A model generated the notes under the pieces. It saw only the letters and a list, made by a program, of their open reading frames with translations, did no database searches and had not been told where the DNA came from. This document shows positions 11,051 through 22,091 of a stretch of DNA of 64,000 nucleotides, in pieces; the stretch's first letter is position 1, and each line of letters starts with the position of its first letter. Position numbers and translations under genes: made by a program. The stretch is from an uncultured bacterium (GTDB taxonomy: Bacteria > Zixibacteria > MSB-5A5 > GN15 > FEB-12), in assembly GCA_965372795.1 (NCBI GenBank), contig CBDVDR010000002.1:160001-224000 (forward strand), in the 5' to 3' direction.

Positions 11051-11211
11051 AGGATAGAAAATATAGATTTTCAGGCGTAAAATCAATATTCAACTTTACG
11101 GTTGTCAGGTAAGTTAATAAGAATATACAGATTCTTTATAAACAATTAACTTGTTTAGTCGATAAATAAATTAGACTCTTATAAGAAGAAGTCTATTACC
11201 AATGGGGTATA

Positions 11212-11619
11212 ATGGAAACAATATCTGAGAAAAAAGGTAGAATTTTAGTAGTAGATGATGATAGCACGATATCTTTAATAGTAACAAAAATATTGAAGAA
11301 AGAAGGTTACCAGGTTTTTACTGCAAACAATGGCCGAATTGGAATTGAGGAAGCCCTTTCTATTCAACCTGATTTGATTTTGATGGATATTAGGATGCCT
11401 GAAATGGATGGATATGAAGCGACCGACTTGATAAAAAGAATTCCACAATTGACCGAGGTTCCGGTAGTTTTTCTTACCGGCGTGGCTCCTTATGCAGATG
11501 CCGGGAAGGCTTTTAGAAAAGGCGGCGTTTCTTATATCTGTAAACCATTTACAAATGTTCAACTTCTTGAAGTAGTTAATCTGGCAATGATGTCAACTGA
11601 ACATACAAATAGAGATTAG
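11212..11619 (+). CDS. Single-domain CheY-like response regulator
   Basis: ILVVDDD, LILMDIRMPEMDG, FLTG and KPF motifs. Confidence 0.92.
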   Translation: METISEKKGRILVVDDDSTISLIVTKILKKEGYQVFTANNGRIGIEEALSIQPDLILMDIRMPEMDGYEATDLIKRIPQLTEVPVVFLTGVAPYADAGKAFRKGGVSYICKPFTNVQLLEVVNLAMMSTEHTNRD

Positions 11620-11633
11620 AAGAAGAGTATTCA

Positions 11634-12038
11634 ATGTCATATAAAATTAGAACTGTGGCTGCCAAAGTATTGGTCATCGATGATGAGCCGGAAATAACTG
11701 AAATTATAGATACCTTTCTGACTGAGTTTGGATTTTCAGTCAGAACTTTGAATTCATCCGACCAGACGCTTGAAGTAGCCCGTGAATTTAAGCCTGAACT
11801 TATTCTTCTGGACATTATGATGCCGGGTATGGACGGCTATGATGTTTGTGCGGAATTGAAAAAGGATGAAGAATTTGCAACTACTCCGGTAATTTTTCTG
11901 ACCGGTAAAGATAGAAACGATGATATGGGTCGTTCATTTAAGTCCGGCGGCGATATGTTTATCAAAAAGCCGTTTTCCTGTGAAAGACTATTGGAAATTA
12001 TAAATATCGTCCTAATGTCGACCGGAAAATTAGGTTAA
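11634..12038 (+). CDS. Single-domain CheY-like response regulator
   Basis: VLVIDDE, LLDIMMPGMDG, FLTG and KKPF motifs. Confidence 0.92.
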   Translation: MSYKIRTVAAKVLVIDDEPEITEIIDTFLTEFGFSVRTLNSSDQTLEVAREFKPELILLDIMMPGMDGYDVCAELKKDEEFATTPVIFLTGKDRNDDMGRSFKSGGDMFIKKPFSCERLLEIINIVLMSTGKLG

Positions 12039-12066
12039 AAAAAAGAGGGGGAACCCCCTTTTTTTT
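12037..12066 (+). terminator. Intrinsic terminator
   Basis: A-run, AGGGGG-AA-CCCCCT stem, T-run. Confidence 0.7.
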
Positions 12067-12067
12067 A

Positions 12068-12096
12068 TTGACAAATATGGTGCAGTGCACCATATT
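12068..12096 (+). promoter_or_regulatory. Sigma70 -35 (TTGACA) with a perfect 11-bp inverted repeat (putative PhaR operator) covering the spacer and -10
   Basis: TTGACA at 12068-12073, then AATATGGTGCA-G-TGCACCATATT at 12074-12096 with a TGC-N3-GCA core. Confidence 0.75.
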
Positions 12097-12102
12097 GTAG
12101 AT

Positions 12103-12693
12103 ATGAAAGTAATTAAGAGGTACAAGAACAGACGGCTATATGATTCTGATTTGAGCCGGGTTATAACCCATGCCGATTTAGCCGATTTGATCAAGAAGAA
12201 TATCGAGTTCAAAATTGTTGATACATCCACAAATGAAGATATCACTCTTTCAGTTTTAGGGAGAGTCATGGTTTCAGAGGCGAAGTCCTGGGATGATATC
12301 AAGCAATCAAAAGAACTTTTTAACCAAATAATATCATTAGGAGGTGATAAATCTATGTCTATTCTAAAAAACACCATATTAGCTTCAATTGGAGCTTTTC
12401 AGGTAACTAAAGCTAAAGCTGAGAAGGTCATTGATGATTTAATCAAAAAGGGCGATCTTGATAAATCTGACCGCAAAAAAGCAATAATGGAATTACTTGC
12501 CAAGGCTGAGAAATCAACGGCAGGTTTCCGTGAGAAGGTCAGCAAAGAGGCAAGCAAAGCTCAAAAAGACATAAAGAGTGTTATCAAGGAATATAAATTT
12601 GCCAAACAGGCAGATTTGAAGAAGCTTGAAACGAAGCTTAATAAAATAGGTAAAGCTTTATCAGGCATTGAGAAAAAGATCGACTCATTATAA
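12103..12693 (+). CDS. PhaR-type DNA-binding domain fused to a phasin-like coiled-coil domain
   Basis: N-terminal IKRYKNRRLYD...IT..DL..LI...F.IVD..T.EDIT..VL (PHB_acc_N-like). C-terminal LASIGAF..TK.KAEKVIDDLIKKG (phasin-like). ATG at 12103. Confidence 0.8.
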   Translation: MKVIKRYKNRRLYDSDLSRVITHADLADLIKKNIEFKIVDTSTNEDITLSVLGRVMVSEAKSWDDIKQSKELFNQIISLGGDKSMSILKNTILASIGAFQVTKAKAEKVIDDLIKKGDLDKSDRKKAIMELLAKAEKSTAGFREKVSKEASKAQKDIKSVIKEYKFAKQADLKKLETKLNKIGKALSGIEKKIDSL

Positions 12694-12723
12694 AAGAGAA
12701 ACGGGGTAACCCCGTTTCTTTTT
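12692..12723. terminator. Bidirectional terminator
   Basis: AGAAACGGGG-TAA-CCCCGTTTCT between convergent genes. Confidence 0.8.
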
Positions 12724-13666
12724 ATGTATTAAGAGCGATATTTAATTCTTCGAGAAAAACGTTCGGTTCAACGCCATGCATCCGACAGGCAAGATCGACA
12801 GATTCATAAGATTGTCCGGGACAATCAAAGCATCCGTCCCCAAAATATTTTGAAAAGACATCTTTTGATTTTGGGTATTTTGCGATAACATCACCAATCA
12901 GAATATTGGCTGTTATTGTAATAGAATCGGCAGAACTCTCACTGGTTGAGTTTGAACCATCTAAGCAGGCTTTGACTTTACTTATAATTGTATCCAGCTT
13001 AAGCCCGTGATTTGCGGCTGCCATGCCAAGGGTAACGCCAACCATCCGAACTTTATCAATGTGTCCGGGGCTGCCGAGGGTTTTGAGACCTTCGTTGACG
13101 AGGACGTTTAAAACTTCAGGGTTCCTATCATATAGTTCGGCAATTTTTGAATCAGCGGTAATTTCAGAATTTTCGGGTTGAGCTTTTGCCTGGGGTGCCG
13201 GTGCCGGTTTAGCTGCTGTTTGAGCGGATGCGATTGGTTTGCTTTCGGCTTGGATCGGGTTAACCGGTTCTTTGGGTGATAATGAAAGCCAGATGTTGAT
13301 AATAAACATGGTGATAGTAATAACCTGAATGGATGCCGAAATTATAAACAAGATTTCAAAGATGTCTTCTCCGGTTTCAACTGCCAGACCCCGGAAGGCA
13401 ACCATTCCGAGAATGCTGATATTTGCCAGCCAAAAATGAATTGCAACCCAGCCCGGGAATCTTAAGTCTGATCCGTTAAAGCGGGGAAGAATAAAATAGC
13501 CAATGCCAAAAACCATCATTGACATGAAGCCTAACAGGTTGAAGTGAGTGTGAGCAAAAGCACCCCAATAACCGATATCGGTCATGCCGTTGAGCACTCC
13601 AAAAAGGGCTGCTAAACCAAGATATACCAGCGAAGCATAAACAAACCGTTTCATATATAGACTCAT
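12722..13666 (-). CDS. 4-TM heme-copper-oxidase-subunit-I-like domain fused to two DUF1858-like domains
   Basis: AHTHFNLLGFMSMMVFG..Y..LPRF; Pro/Ala linker; two IT....I.(D/E)...YP-type repeats, the second with CFDCPG. GGAGG RBS before ATG 13666. Confidence 0.7.
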   Translation of the reverse strand: MSLYMKRFVYASLVYLGLAALFGVLNGMTDIGYWGAFAHTHFNLLGFMSMMVFGIGYFILPRFNGSDLRFPGWVAIHFWLANISILGMVAFRGLAVETGEDIFEILFIISASIQVITITMFIINIWLSLSPKEPVNPIQAESKPIASAQTAAKPAPAPQAKAQPENSEITADSKIAELYDRNPEVLNVLVNEGLKTLGSPGHIDKVRMVGVTLGMAAANHGLKLDTIISKVKACLDGSNSTSESSADSITITANILIGDVIAKYPKSKDVFSKYFGDGCFDCPGQSYESVDLACRMHGVEPNVFLEELNIALNT

Positions 13667-13731
13667 AAGTTCCTCCAATAATTTTTAATTACAGCCCAAG
13701 TATCGGGAGATTGATGATCAGAGTCTTTGAT

Positions 13732-15762
<2,031 letters not shown>

Positions 15763-15799
15763 TCAGTTATAAAGTGTCAATCATAATAATTGCGGGCAT

Positions 15800-15832
15800 A
15801 AAAAAACCCGCTGAATAAACAGCGGGTTTTTT
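15800..15832 (-). terminator. Intrinsic terminator
   Basis: AAAAAACCCGCTG-N6-CAGCGGGTTTTTT downstream of the YCF48-like gene. Confidence 0.85.
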
Positions 15833-15847
15833 ATAAATCATAGTAAT

Positions 15848-17365
15848 CTATTTTTTAACAGCATGCATAATATTGCCGTCGTATCCGACCATCCAGCCGG
15901 TTGTTCCATCGAGGAAGAAGATCGAGTTAAACCCGAGATTAAATCCCTGACGGTCGAGATACCAGCTAAAGCCACCGTCGACAGTACGGTAGATATCACC
16001 TTGGGTGTTGACTACCCAGCCATTGAGGGCATCAGCAAACGAGACCGAGACAAAGTGATTGGTTAATCCGCTTCCGGTAAACTGTTTATGCCAGCTTTGG
16101 CCGCCATTGCTGGTGTGCAGAATTGTACCGCTATGTCCGACAACCCAACCGTTGTTGGCGTCTATAAAGGTAACCGCTCTTAAGCTGACTGATAATCCGG
16201 TTTCTTGATCTTCCCAGCTTATTCCGCCGTTGCCGGTGTATGCGATTGTACCGAGATCACCAACTACCCAGCCATAAGTACCTTCTACAAAGGTTACATC
16301 CCAGAGGTTTTGAATAACTTCAGTAAGAATTATGAACCAACCGGATTGCTGGGTCACAATTTCAGTATCAATAATGTTGATGGTGGAATCAGGAATTTCG
16401 TAAATCACAGTATCATTAACTGTGGTGTCGATAACCAGTACAACAGTGTCATACGAAGTGTCAATAATCAGACTGTCCGGATAATAACTGGTAGAATCAA
16501 AAATTGAATCAATAATTAAGTTTGTTGTATCAAAGACGCCATTGAAAATTGTGTCAATAGTAATAGTGACAGTGGTCTCGGCATGGAAGATAGAATCAAT
16601 ATAGAACCAGGAGGTGTCATATACGGGGTCACTTCCGGAGTTAATAACAGAGTCCACGTAATAGAAAGTTGTGTCAATGTTATAAAATTCGGTAGTATCA
16701 AAAAAGAAGAAAGAGTCGAGAAATAAATAAATACTATCAATAGTAAAGTTTATAATCGTATCTTTGAAAACCTGAGTGTCAACACAGGCACTGTCTGTGG
16801 CGTACTTAAAGATTGAGCCGTTTTCGCCAACTGCCCAGCCGCTGTTTGCATCGGAGAAATAAACACCGTTAAGATTAACTCTGATAGGTTCCGAACCGAA
16901 ATAACAGATTTTGAAAGTAGTGTCAATATCCCAGTTTGCTCCGGCATCGGTCGTGTTTAAGATATGACCTCTGGAGCCGACCGCCCAGCCGATATTGTTA
17001 TCTACGAAGTACAGATCGCGAATACTAACATCGGTCCCACTGTTAAGCGGTGTCCAGCGACAATCGGTAAAGTTTGAATCAATAACACCATTGTTATCGG
17101 TAACACAAACAGAATCGACATATTTGATGATCGATCCGTTATCTCCGACCGCCCAGCCATTGGTATTGCTTGTAAAAAATACGGCATGAAGAATATCGGT
17201 ATTAATATCACCGCGCTCCATTGTCCAGTTGACATCAGGTCCGAAAGAAGGACCTAAAATAGTTTCATCATCATCACCGCACCCGGTAAAGATCGTCATA
17301 GATAAAATAACCAGTGCGAAAAGGGATAAAATCCATAGTTTTCTTGAACTTAAGGTGTTGTTCAT
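15848..17365 (-). CDS. Lipoprotein, YCF48/BNR-like beta-propeller with a ~150-aa D-(S/T)-rich insertion
   Basis: Lipobox FTGC; repeated F.D...GWAVG..G.I..T.DGG..W blades interrupted by a low-complexity insert. Confidence 0.8.
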   Translation of the reverse strand: MNNTLSSRKLWILSLFALVILSMTIFTGCGDDDETILGPSFGPDVNWTMERGDINTDILHAVFFTSNTNGWAVGDNGSIIKYVDSVCVTDNNGVIDSNFTDCRWTPLNSGTDVSIRDLYFVDNNIGWAVGSRGHILNTTDAGANWDIDTTFKICYFGSEPIRVNLNGVYFSDANSGWAVGENGSIFKYATDSACVDTQVFKDTIINFTIDSIYLFLDSFFFFDTTEFYNIDTTFYYVDSVINSGSDPVYDTSWFYIDSIFHAETTVTITIDTIFNGVFDTTNLIIDSIFDSTSYYPDSLIIDTSYDTVVLVIDTTVNDTVIYEIPDSTINIIDTEIVTQQSGWFIILTEVIQNLWDVTFVEGTYGWVVGDLGTIAYTGNGGISWEDQETGLSVSLRAVTFIDANNGWVVGHSGTILHTSNGGQSWHKQFTGSGLTNHFVSVSFADALNGWVVNTQGDIYRTVDGGFSWYLDRQGFNLGFNSIFFLDGTTGWMVGYDGNIMHAVKK

Positions 17366-17585
17366 AAATCCTCTATCTCCTGAGATATCCGATTAAAATC
17401 TTCAAAATTAGCTCATAATTTACATCAATAAGTGAGTATCTGTCAAGCAAATTTAAGGAAAACAGTAAGTTATTGTGCGGTTCTTGATAAGTATTCATAA
17501 TGTTATGTGAACGAAGGCGGAAAAGGAGTTGTTTAATCATTTATTTTAAAAAAAACAGAGTGTGAAAAGGTGGGTTTCGTAATAA

Positions 17586-18104
17586 CTATTTATCCGACAT
17601 ATGCTTCTTTCTGAAAGAAGCCAGCTTTTTGCCGGCTAAATCGTCTAAAATATTTATTATCCAAATCGCAGCCAGCTCATCAGAGCTATTAACTTCTATC
17701 ATTATATAATCATTCAGCTTAAGGCAGATTGTCTCAGTACTCTCAAAGAAGCATATTTTCAGATCTTTTTGATCGGGTGTTGTTTGTATTTGAGGGGGTT
17801 TTATCGTTTTTCTAAATGGAATAAATTTAACATCTCTTTCAGATGCAGGGGAGGGGATATCCAGATTATTCATAATATTCCAATTTCGACGCGGAGTTGT
17901 GATAACAATAAATATCAGATAGCCATGTCGATCAATTTCGAGGCGGCAGTTTTTAGATTCGAGGTAGGAGAAATATTGACCTGTTTTGGCAAATTGACCA
18001 ATTTGAACGTATAGTTTTTCTTCTTCAATCTGATAAAAACCCCGGCTGAGCCTATTTAGCTTAGTCGGGGCTGATATTCTTAATTTGATTCGATTTAGAG
18101 GCAT
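17586..18104 (-). CDS. Hypothetical protein downstream of cpoB
   Basis: ATG at 18104 directly after the cpoB stop; no family recognised. Confidence 0.55.
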   Translation of the reverse strand: MPLNRIKLRISAPTKLNRLSRGFYQIEEEKLYVQIGQFAKTGQYFSYLESKNCRLEIDRHGYLIFIVITTPRRNWNIMNNLDIPSPASERDVKFIPFRKTIKPPQIQTTPDQKDLKICFFESTETICLKLNDYIMIEVNSSDELAAIWIINILDDLAGKKLASFRKKHMSDK

Positions 18105-18105
18105 T

Positions 18106-18885
18106 CTACTTGATGTCTTTAAGTCGTTCCCTGGCTTGTTGAGCTTCCAGTGTTTCAGGATATTCATCAATTAGTTTTTGGAACAATTTTTTTGCTTCAG
18201 CATTTTTACCCAGTTCCTGCTGGGATCGGGCTAATTTATAATATGCCCGTCCAAGATTTGGAGAAGTTTTGAAATCATTGATTAACTTTTCAAATTCAAT
18301 GACAGCATCCGGGTATTTTCCTAAAGCGTAATAACTTTCACCAATCCAGTAATGAGCATTGTCAACCGAGCCATGGGATGTACAGTTTTCAAGAAACTTT
18401 GTAAAACCGTCGATAGCCTGTTGATATTCACCGCGTCTTACCAGAATGAAAGCATCATCATATTTGTTGTCACATTCAAAACCGGTTGGCGAGGTTTGAC
18501 CTCCGGTAGTTTCAGCCGAGTTCTGAGAGGATCCGGGAGAACTTCTGATGATCGTCTTTACATTTTGTTTACGCGAGAGTTCATCAATTTTCTGCAACAG
18601 ATCGTTATAATTTTCAAGCAAAGCTGAAATCTGTCCCTGGATCTCGCCCATAGTGAAATTGACTTCATTACGAAGTTTGTTGTCAGCCTCAGCCGAGTAG
18701 CTGATTATCGAATCCATTCGGGTTACGAGATCCTGAGTTGTTTGATTCTGCTGTTCGACGTTGCGAATTTCTGCTTTTACTTCATCAATGTGTCTTGGAG
18801 TGACACAGTTGGTGAGTATTAAAGCGCAAAATATAACCGCCATTGAAAGAATGGCGGTTATAAAAATATTACGATTTTTAATCAT
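18106..18885 (-). CDS. cpoB: Tol-Pal TPR protein CpoB/YbgF
   Basis: Lipobox-like LTNC, coiled coil, TPRs (NAHYWIGESYY); follows pal. Confidence 0.9.
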   Translation of the reverse strand: MIKNRNIFITAILSMAVIFCALILTNCVTPRHIDEVKAEIRNVEQQNQTTQDLVTRMDSIISYSAEADNKLRNEVNFTMGEIQGQISALLENYNDLLQKIDELSRKQNVKTIIRSSPGSSQNSAETTGGQTSPTGFECDNKYDDAFILVRRGEYQQAIDGFTKFLENCTSHGSVDNAHYWIGESYYALGKYPDAVIEFEKLINDFKTSPNLGRAYYKLARSQQELGKNAEAKKLFQKLIDEYPETLEAQQARERLKDIK

Positions 18886-18902
18886 ATTTAATCTTACTTA
18901 AG

Positions 18903-19421
18903 TTATTGTGAAACAATGCGGAATTCACAACGACGATTTTTAGCCCAGGCATCTTCGGTCTGACCTCTGTCAGCCGGGCGTTCTTTACCAAAGCTGAGAG
19001 TTGAGATACGGTTTTCCGGGATTCCCAGCCCTATGAGATAATCCATGGCTGCTTTGGCTCTTTTTTCGCCGAGTGAAAGGTTGTATTCCACAGTACCACG
19101 TTCATCACAATGACCTTCAATTTTAATGATGGCATCGGAGAATTCCTGGAGCAGTTCATAGTTTTTGTCCAGAGCCGATCTGGCATCATTGCGAAGGTTG
19201 TGTTTATCAAAATCAAAGTACAAGGTTACAAGCTGTGATTCTTTCATCTTTGGCGGTGGAGGCGGAGGCGGTGGTGGCGGTGGTGGCGGCGGCGGTGGTG
19301 GTTCGACCGGTTGTTCAATTGGTGCTTCATCAACAATTGGCGCTTTTTTGCCACAAGAGACGTTAAAAATTATGGCAAAGGTCATCAGTCCGATAACTGC
19401 CAATAGTCCAATTCTTTTCAT
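18903..19421 (-). CDS. pal: Peptidoglycan-associated lipoprotein with a 17-Pro linker
   Basis: Lipobox VSCG; YFDFD, IEGHCDERGTVEYNLSLGEKRA and KNRRCE motifs; ATG at 19421. Confidence 0.96.
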   Translation of the reverse strand: MKRIGLLAVIGLMTFAIIFNVSCGKKAPIVDEAPIEQPVEPPPPPPPPPPPPPPPPPKMKESQLVTLYFDFDKHNLRNDARSALDKNYELLQEFSDAIIKIEGHCDERGTVEYNLSLGEKRAKAAMDYLIGLGIPENRISTLSFGKERPADRGQTEDAWAKNRRCEFRIVSQ

Positions 19422-19476
19422 TTGATTTTCCTTCCATGTATAGAACATATTCTTTTATTCTTTTTTCAATGTAACC

Positions 19477-19505
19477 AATTTAAGAGATGAAAAAAACATG
19501 GTCAA
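19477..19505 (-). promoter_or_regulatory. Internal sigma70-type promoter for pal
   Basis: Minus strand TTGACC-N17-TAAATT. Confidence 0.55.
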
Positions 19506-19506
19506 T

Positions 19507-19534
19507 AAAAAAACTGCTAAAAGCAGTTTTTTTT
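19507..19534 (-). terminator. Terminator-like hairpin between tolB and pal
   Basis: AAAAAAACTGCT-AA-AGCAGTTTTTTT. Confidence 0.55.
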
Positions 19535-19604
19535 GCATCAAGCAGTTTTTTAAATTTCCAGTATTCGGACGTAAATATAGGACTTTATGACACTTGATTC
19601 ATTT

Positions 19605-20933
19605 TTAATGAAGGGGTCCCCAGACAGGATTTGAGCAATTTCCGTATCTTGTTAATCTTCTCTGGTTGCGGCCGGTAATATCCATTGTGAAAATGTCCTG
19701 TGGTCCGAGCCGGGTAGAGGAAAAGATAATATGTTTACCATCAGGCGAGAAGTGGGGGTTTTCATTCATGCCGACTTCAGTTAAAACCCTGAAATCTGCT
19801 CCGGAAGTGTCAATTGAAGCCAGATCGAAGCGTCCAAACTTGGTTCGACTGACAAAAGTCAGCCGGTCACCATGCTGGGACCAGATCGGTGAATCATTAT
19901 ATCGTCCTTCATAAGTCAAACGGCGGACGTTTAAGCCGAAGGAATCCATAATATAGATTTGAGGCCGTCCGGTTCGGTCGGAGACAAAGGCGATATGTTT
20001 GCCATTCGGCGACCAGGTGGGCGAGGTGTCAATGGCGCGATGTCGGGTAAGTCTTTTGATGACTTTGCCTTCCAAGTCGAGCAGGTAAATTTCGGAATTA
20101 CCATCTTTAGACAAAACACAGGCGATTTTATCACCATCGGGTGACATAGAAGGCGCGCCCATCATTCCGGGAAAATCACCTATTTTTTTTGTTATTAAGC
20201 TGTTGACATCAACGCTGTACAATTGCGGATCCCCGTGCATGTAGCTGGTAAAGAAAACAAATTTTCCATCGGGAGAAAATGAGGGAGAGATATTTATAGA
20301 CTGATTATTGGTCAGTTGTCTTTCGTTGGCACCGTCAAAGTCAGAGATATAGAGTTCTTTATTTTCCCCATTTCGTTTTGCGTAGACAATTTTAGAGAAG
20401 AATATGCCGGTTTCGCCAGTTAGCGTTTTGACGACTTCGTTGGCAATTTCATGTCCGAGCAGCCGCCATTCACTTTTTCTTTTTTCAACTTTTCCGCGGG
20501 CAAATTGTTGTTTTCTAATGGTGTCGACTAAGCTCCAGCGGACCCTGATATTTTTTCCCGGAAACTCGGCTTCAAGCCTGATCAGGTAAGTTGCTCCAAG
20601 TCGTGACCAGCCTAAAGCGTCAAGTTCGGTGATTTCATAAGTTTTCATATAGAAACTGTCAATCAGAATGAGTTCGAAATCAGCATAAAAGTCGATGTCA
20701 AATTGAACTACAGCTGTGATGTATCGCATGAGGGTAGAATCGTTCCGGCTGATATATTGATTTCCGATGTATTTCATTTCGTCGACACCGATTGGAGTAG
20801 AAGAGACATCGCCGGTACGAAGCGTGTCAAACAGATATTCGAATACTTCCTGTTCACTGTCCTGAGCCGAAGGGGAAGAGATTATGATTAAGAATAATAA
20901 AAATATTAGTGTGCAAATCCTGGTGGCTTTCAT
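19605..20933 (-). CDS. tolB: TolB beta-propeller protein
   Basis: H.IANE....LTGE.GIF; repeated P.(W/F)SPDG (PD40) motifs; operon context. Confidence 0.93.
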   Translation of the reverse strand: MKATRICTLIFLLFLIIISSPSAQDSEQEVFEYLFDTLRTGDVSSTPIGVDEMKYIGNQYISRNDSTLMRYITAVVQFDIDFYADFELILIDSFYMKTYEITELDALGWSRLGATYLIRLEAEFPGKNIRVRWSLVDTIRKQQFARGKVEKRKSEWRLLGHEIANEVVKTLTGETGIFFSKIVYAKRNGENKELYISDFDGANERQLTNNQSINISPSFSPDGKFVFFTSYMHGDPQLYSVDVNSLITKKIGDFPGMMGAPSMSPDGDKIACVLSKDGNSEIYLLDLEGKVIKRLTRHRAIDTSPTWSPNGKHIAFVSDRTGRPQIYIMDSFGLNVRRLTYEGRYNDSPIWSQHGDRLTFVSRTKFGRFDLASIDTSGADFRVLTEVGMNENPHFSPDGKHIIFSSTRLGPQDIFTMDITGRNQRRLTRYGNCSNPVWGPLH

Positions 20934-20947
20934 CGAGACCTCATTAT

Positions 20948-21661
20948 TTATGGTTTATATTGGAAAGGTAAAGTTATTCCGATTATTTCATCGACAAATT
21001 TATTAGGCAAAGGCGGGAATGGGGCAGCATTTTGTACGGCAAGAATACAGGCATTATCAAAGGCGATAATTTCAGATGAATTCACAACTTTTACTTCGAC
21101 CAATCTTCCCGATTTAATGACTTGAAAATAAATAGTACAGGTAATCGAAATATCGATAGCAATCGGGTTGCGCCAGTTGCGTCTGATTTTCTGGAAAGCT
21201 TGAGTAAACCAATAGGGATAATTAAATGATGCATTATCAATGGTGACACCTCCAAACGGAGTCCCCGCTCCGGTTCCGGGGGCGTCGACTTCTTTTTGGG
21301 TGCCGGTGGCGTTTTCGGTTTGTCCAGAGACCGGTTTGGTTATTTTCTTTTTTGGTTTATCGGGTTTTGGTTTCAGTTTGTCTTTTGGTTTTGGCGGTTC
21401 TTCTTTGGGAATGATAGCTTCAGGGAGAGTAGTCGGGTCATCAATCGGAATTTCAGGCATGGCTTCGTCAATAGCTTCCGGTACAATCGGCGCCGGGATT
21501 GGAGCCGGTTCATCAAATGACAGTTCGGGCATGGCGGTAAGAGATACTTTAATCACATTATCGAAGGTCTGTTTCTTTCCAATGTCAAACGGAGTAGTCG
21601 CAACCATAAACAGAACAATAATTAAATGAAGGATTAATGATAAGGTGATATCGAGTTTCAT
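20948..21661 (-). CDS. TolA/TonB-family energy transducer
   Basis: N-terminal TM with SxxxH, Pro/Lys-rich stalk, C-terminal IRRNW...FD...AV..AAPFPPLP. Confidence 0.85.
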   Translation of the reverse strand: MKLDITLSLILHLIIVLFMVATTPFDIGKKQTFDNVIKVSLTAMPELSFDEPAPIPAPIVPEAIDEAMPEIPIDDPTTLPEAIIPKEEPPKPKDKLKPKPDKPKKKITKPVSGQTENATGTQKEVDAPGTGAGTPFGGVTIDNASFNYPYWFTQAFQKIRRNWRNPIAIDISITCTIYFQVIKSGRLVEVKVVNSSEIIAFDNACILAVQNAAPFPPLPNKFVDEIIGITLPFQYKP

Positions 21662-21665
21662 CGGT

Positions 21666-22091
21666 CTACCGTTTACTTTTCTTTTTATCCTCTTGAGAGG
21701 TTATCAGGCTGATGCCATCAATGCCCATATCTTTCATTCTTCCGATAACGGCAATAGCAGTGCCATAATCAACGGCTGAGTCTCCACGAAGGTACACTGA
21801 TGATGTGTTTTTGGCTGACAATTCTTTTTCAAGAGCAACCTCAAAATTTTCCAATCGGGACCAGACATCATTAATATAGATTCCATTTTTAGCATCAATG
21901 GTAACAACAACACCATCGGCTTCTTCTTCAACCGCAGCTGCTTTGGTTTTGGGGAGGTTGACTTCAATGCCTGATTGGAGTAAAGGGGCTGATATCATAA
22001 ATATAATAAGCAGAACCAGCACAACATCAACTAAGTTGGTGATATTGATTTCCGCCATGGCTCCATAGGTTCTGTGGCGGGGTCTACGCAT
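21666..22091 (-). CDS. tolR: TolR/ExbD
   Basis: EINITNLVDVVLVLLIIFMISAP, VNLP and LRGD motifs. Confidence 0.9.
   Translation of the reverse strand: MRRPRHRTYGAMAEINITNLVDVVLVLLIIFMISAPLLQSGIEVNLPKTKAAAVEEEADGVVVTIDAKNGIYINDVWSRLENFEVALEKELSAKNTSSVYLRGDSAVDYGTAIAVIGRMKDMGIDGISLITSQEDKKKSKR

Noticed and set aside
10589..11211. tmRNA next to smpB
   Set aside because: No tRNA-like ends visible and the spacer is short and AT-rich.
16350..16800. DNA tandem repeat or CRISPR-like array
   Set aside because: Periodicity exists only at the amino-acid level; no repeated nucleotide unit.
19165..19425. Poly-Gly ORF on the + strand
   Set aside because: Antisense shadow of the Pal polyproline tract.
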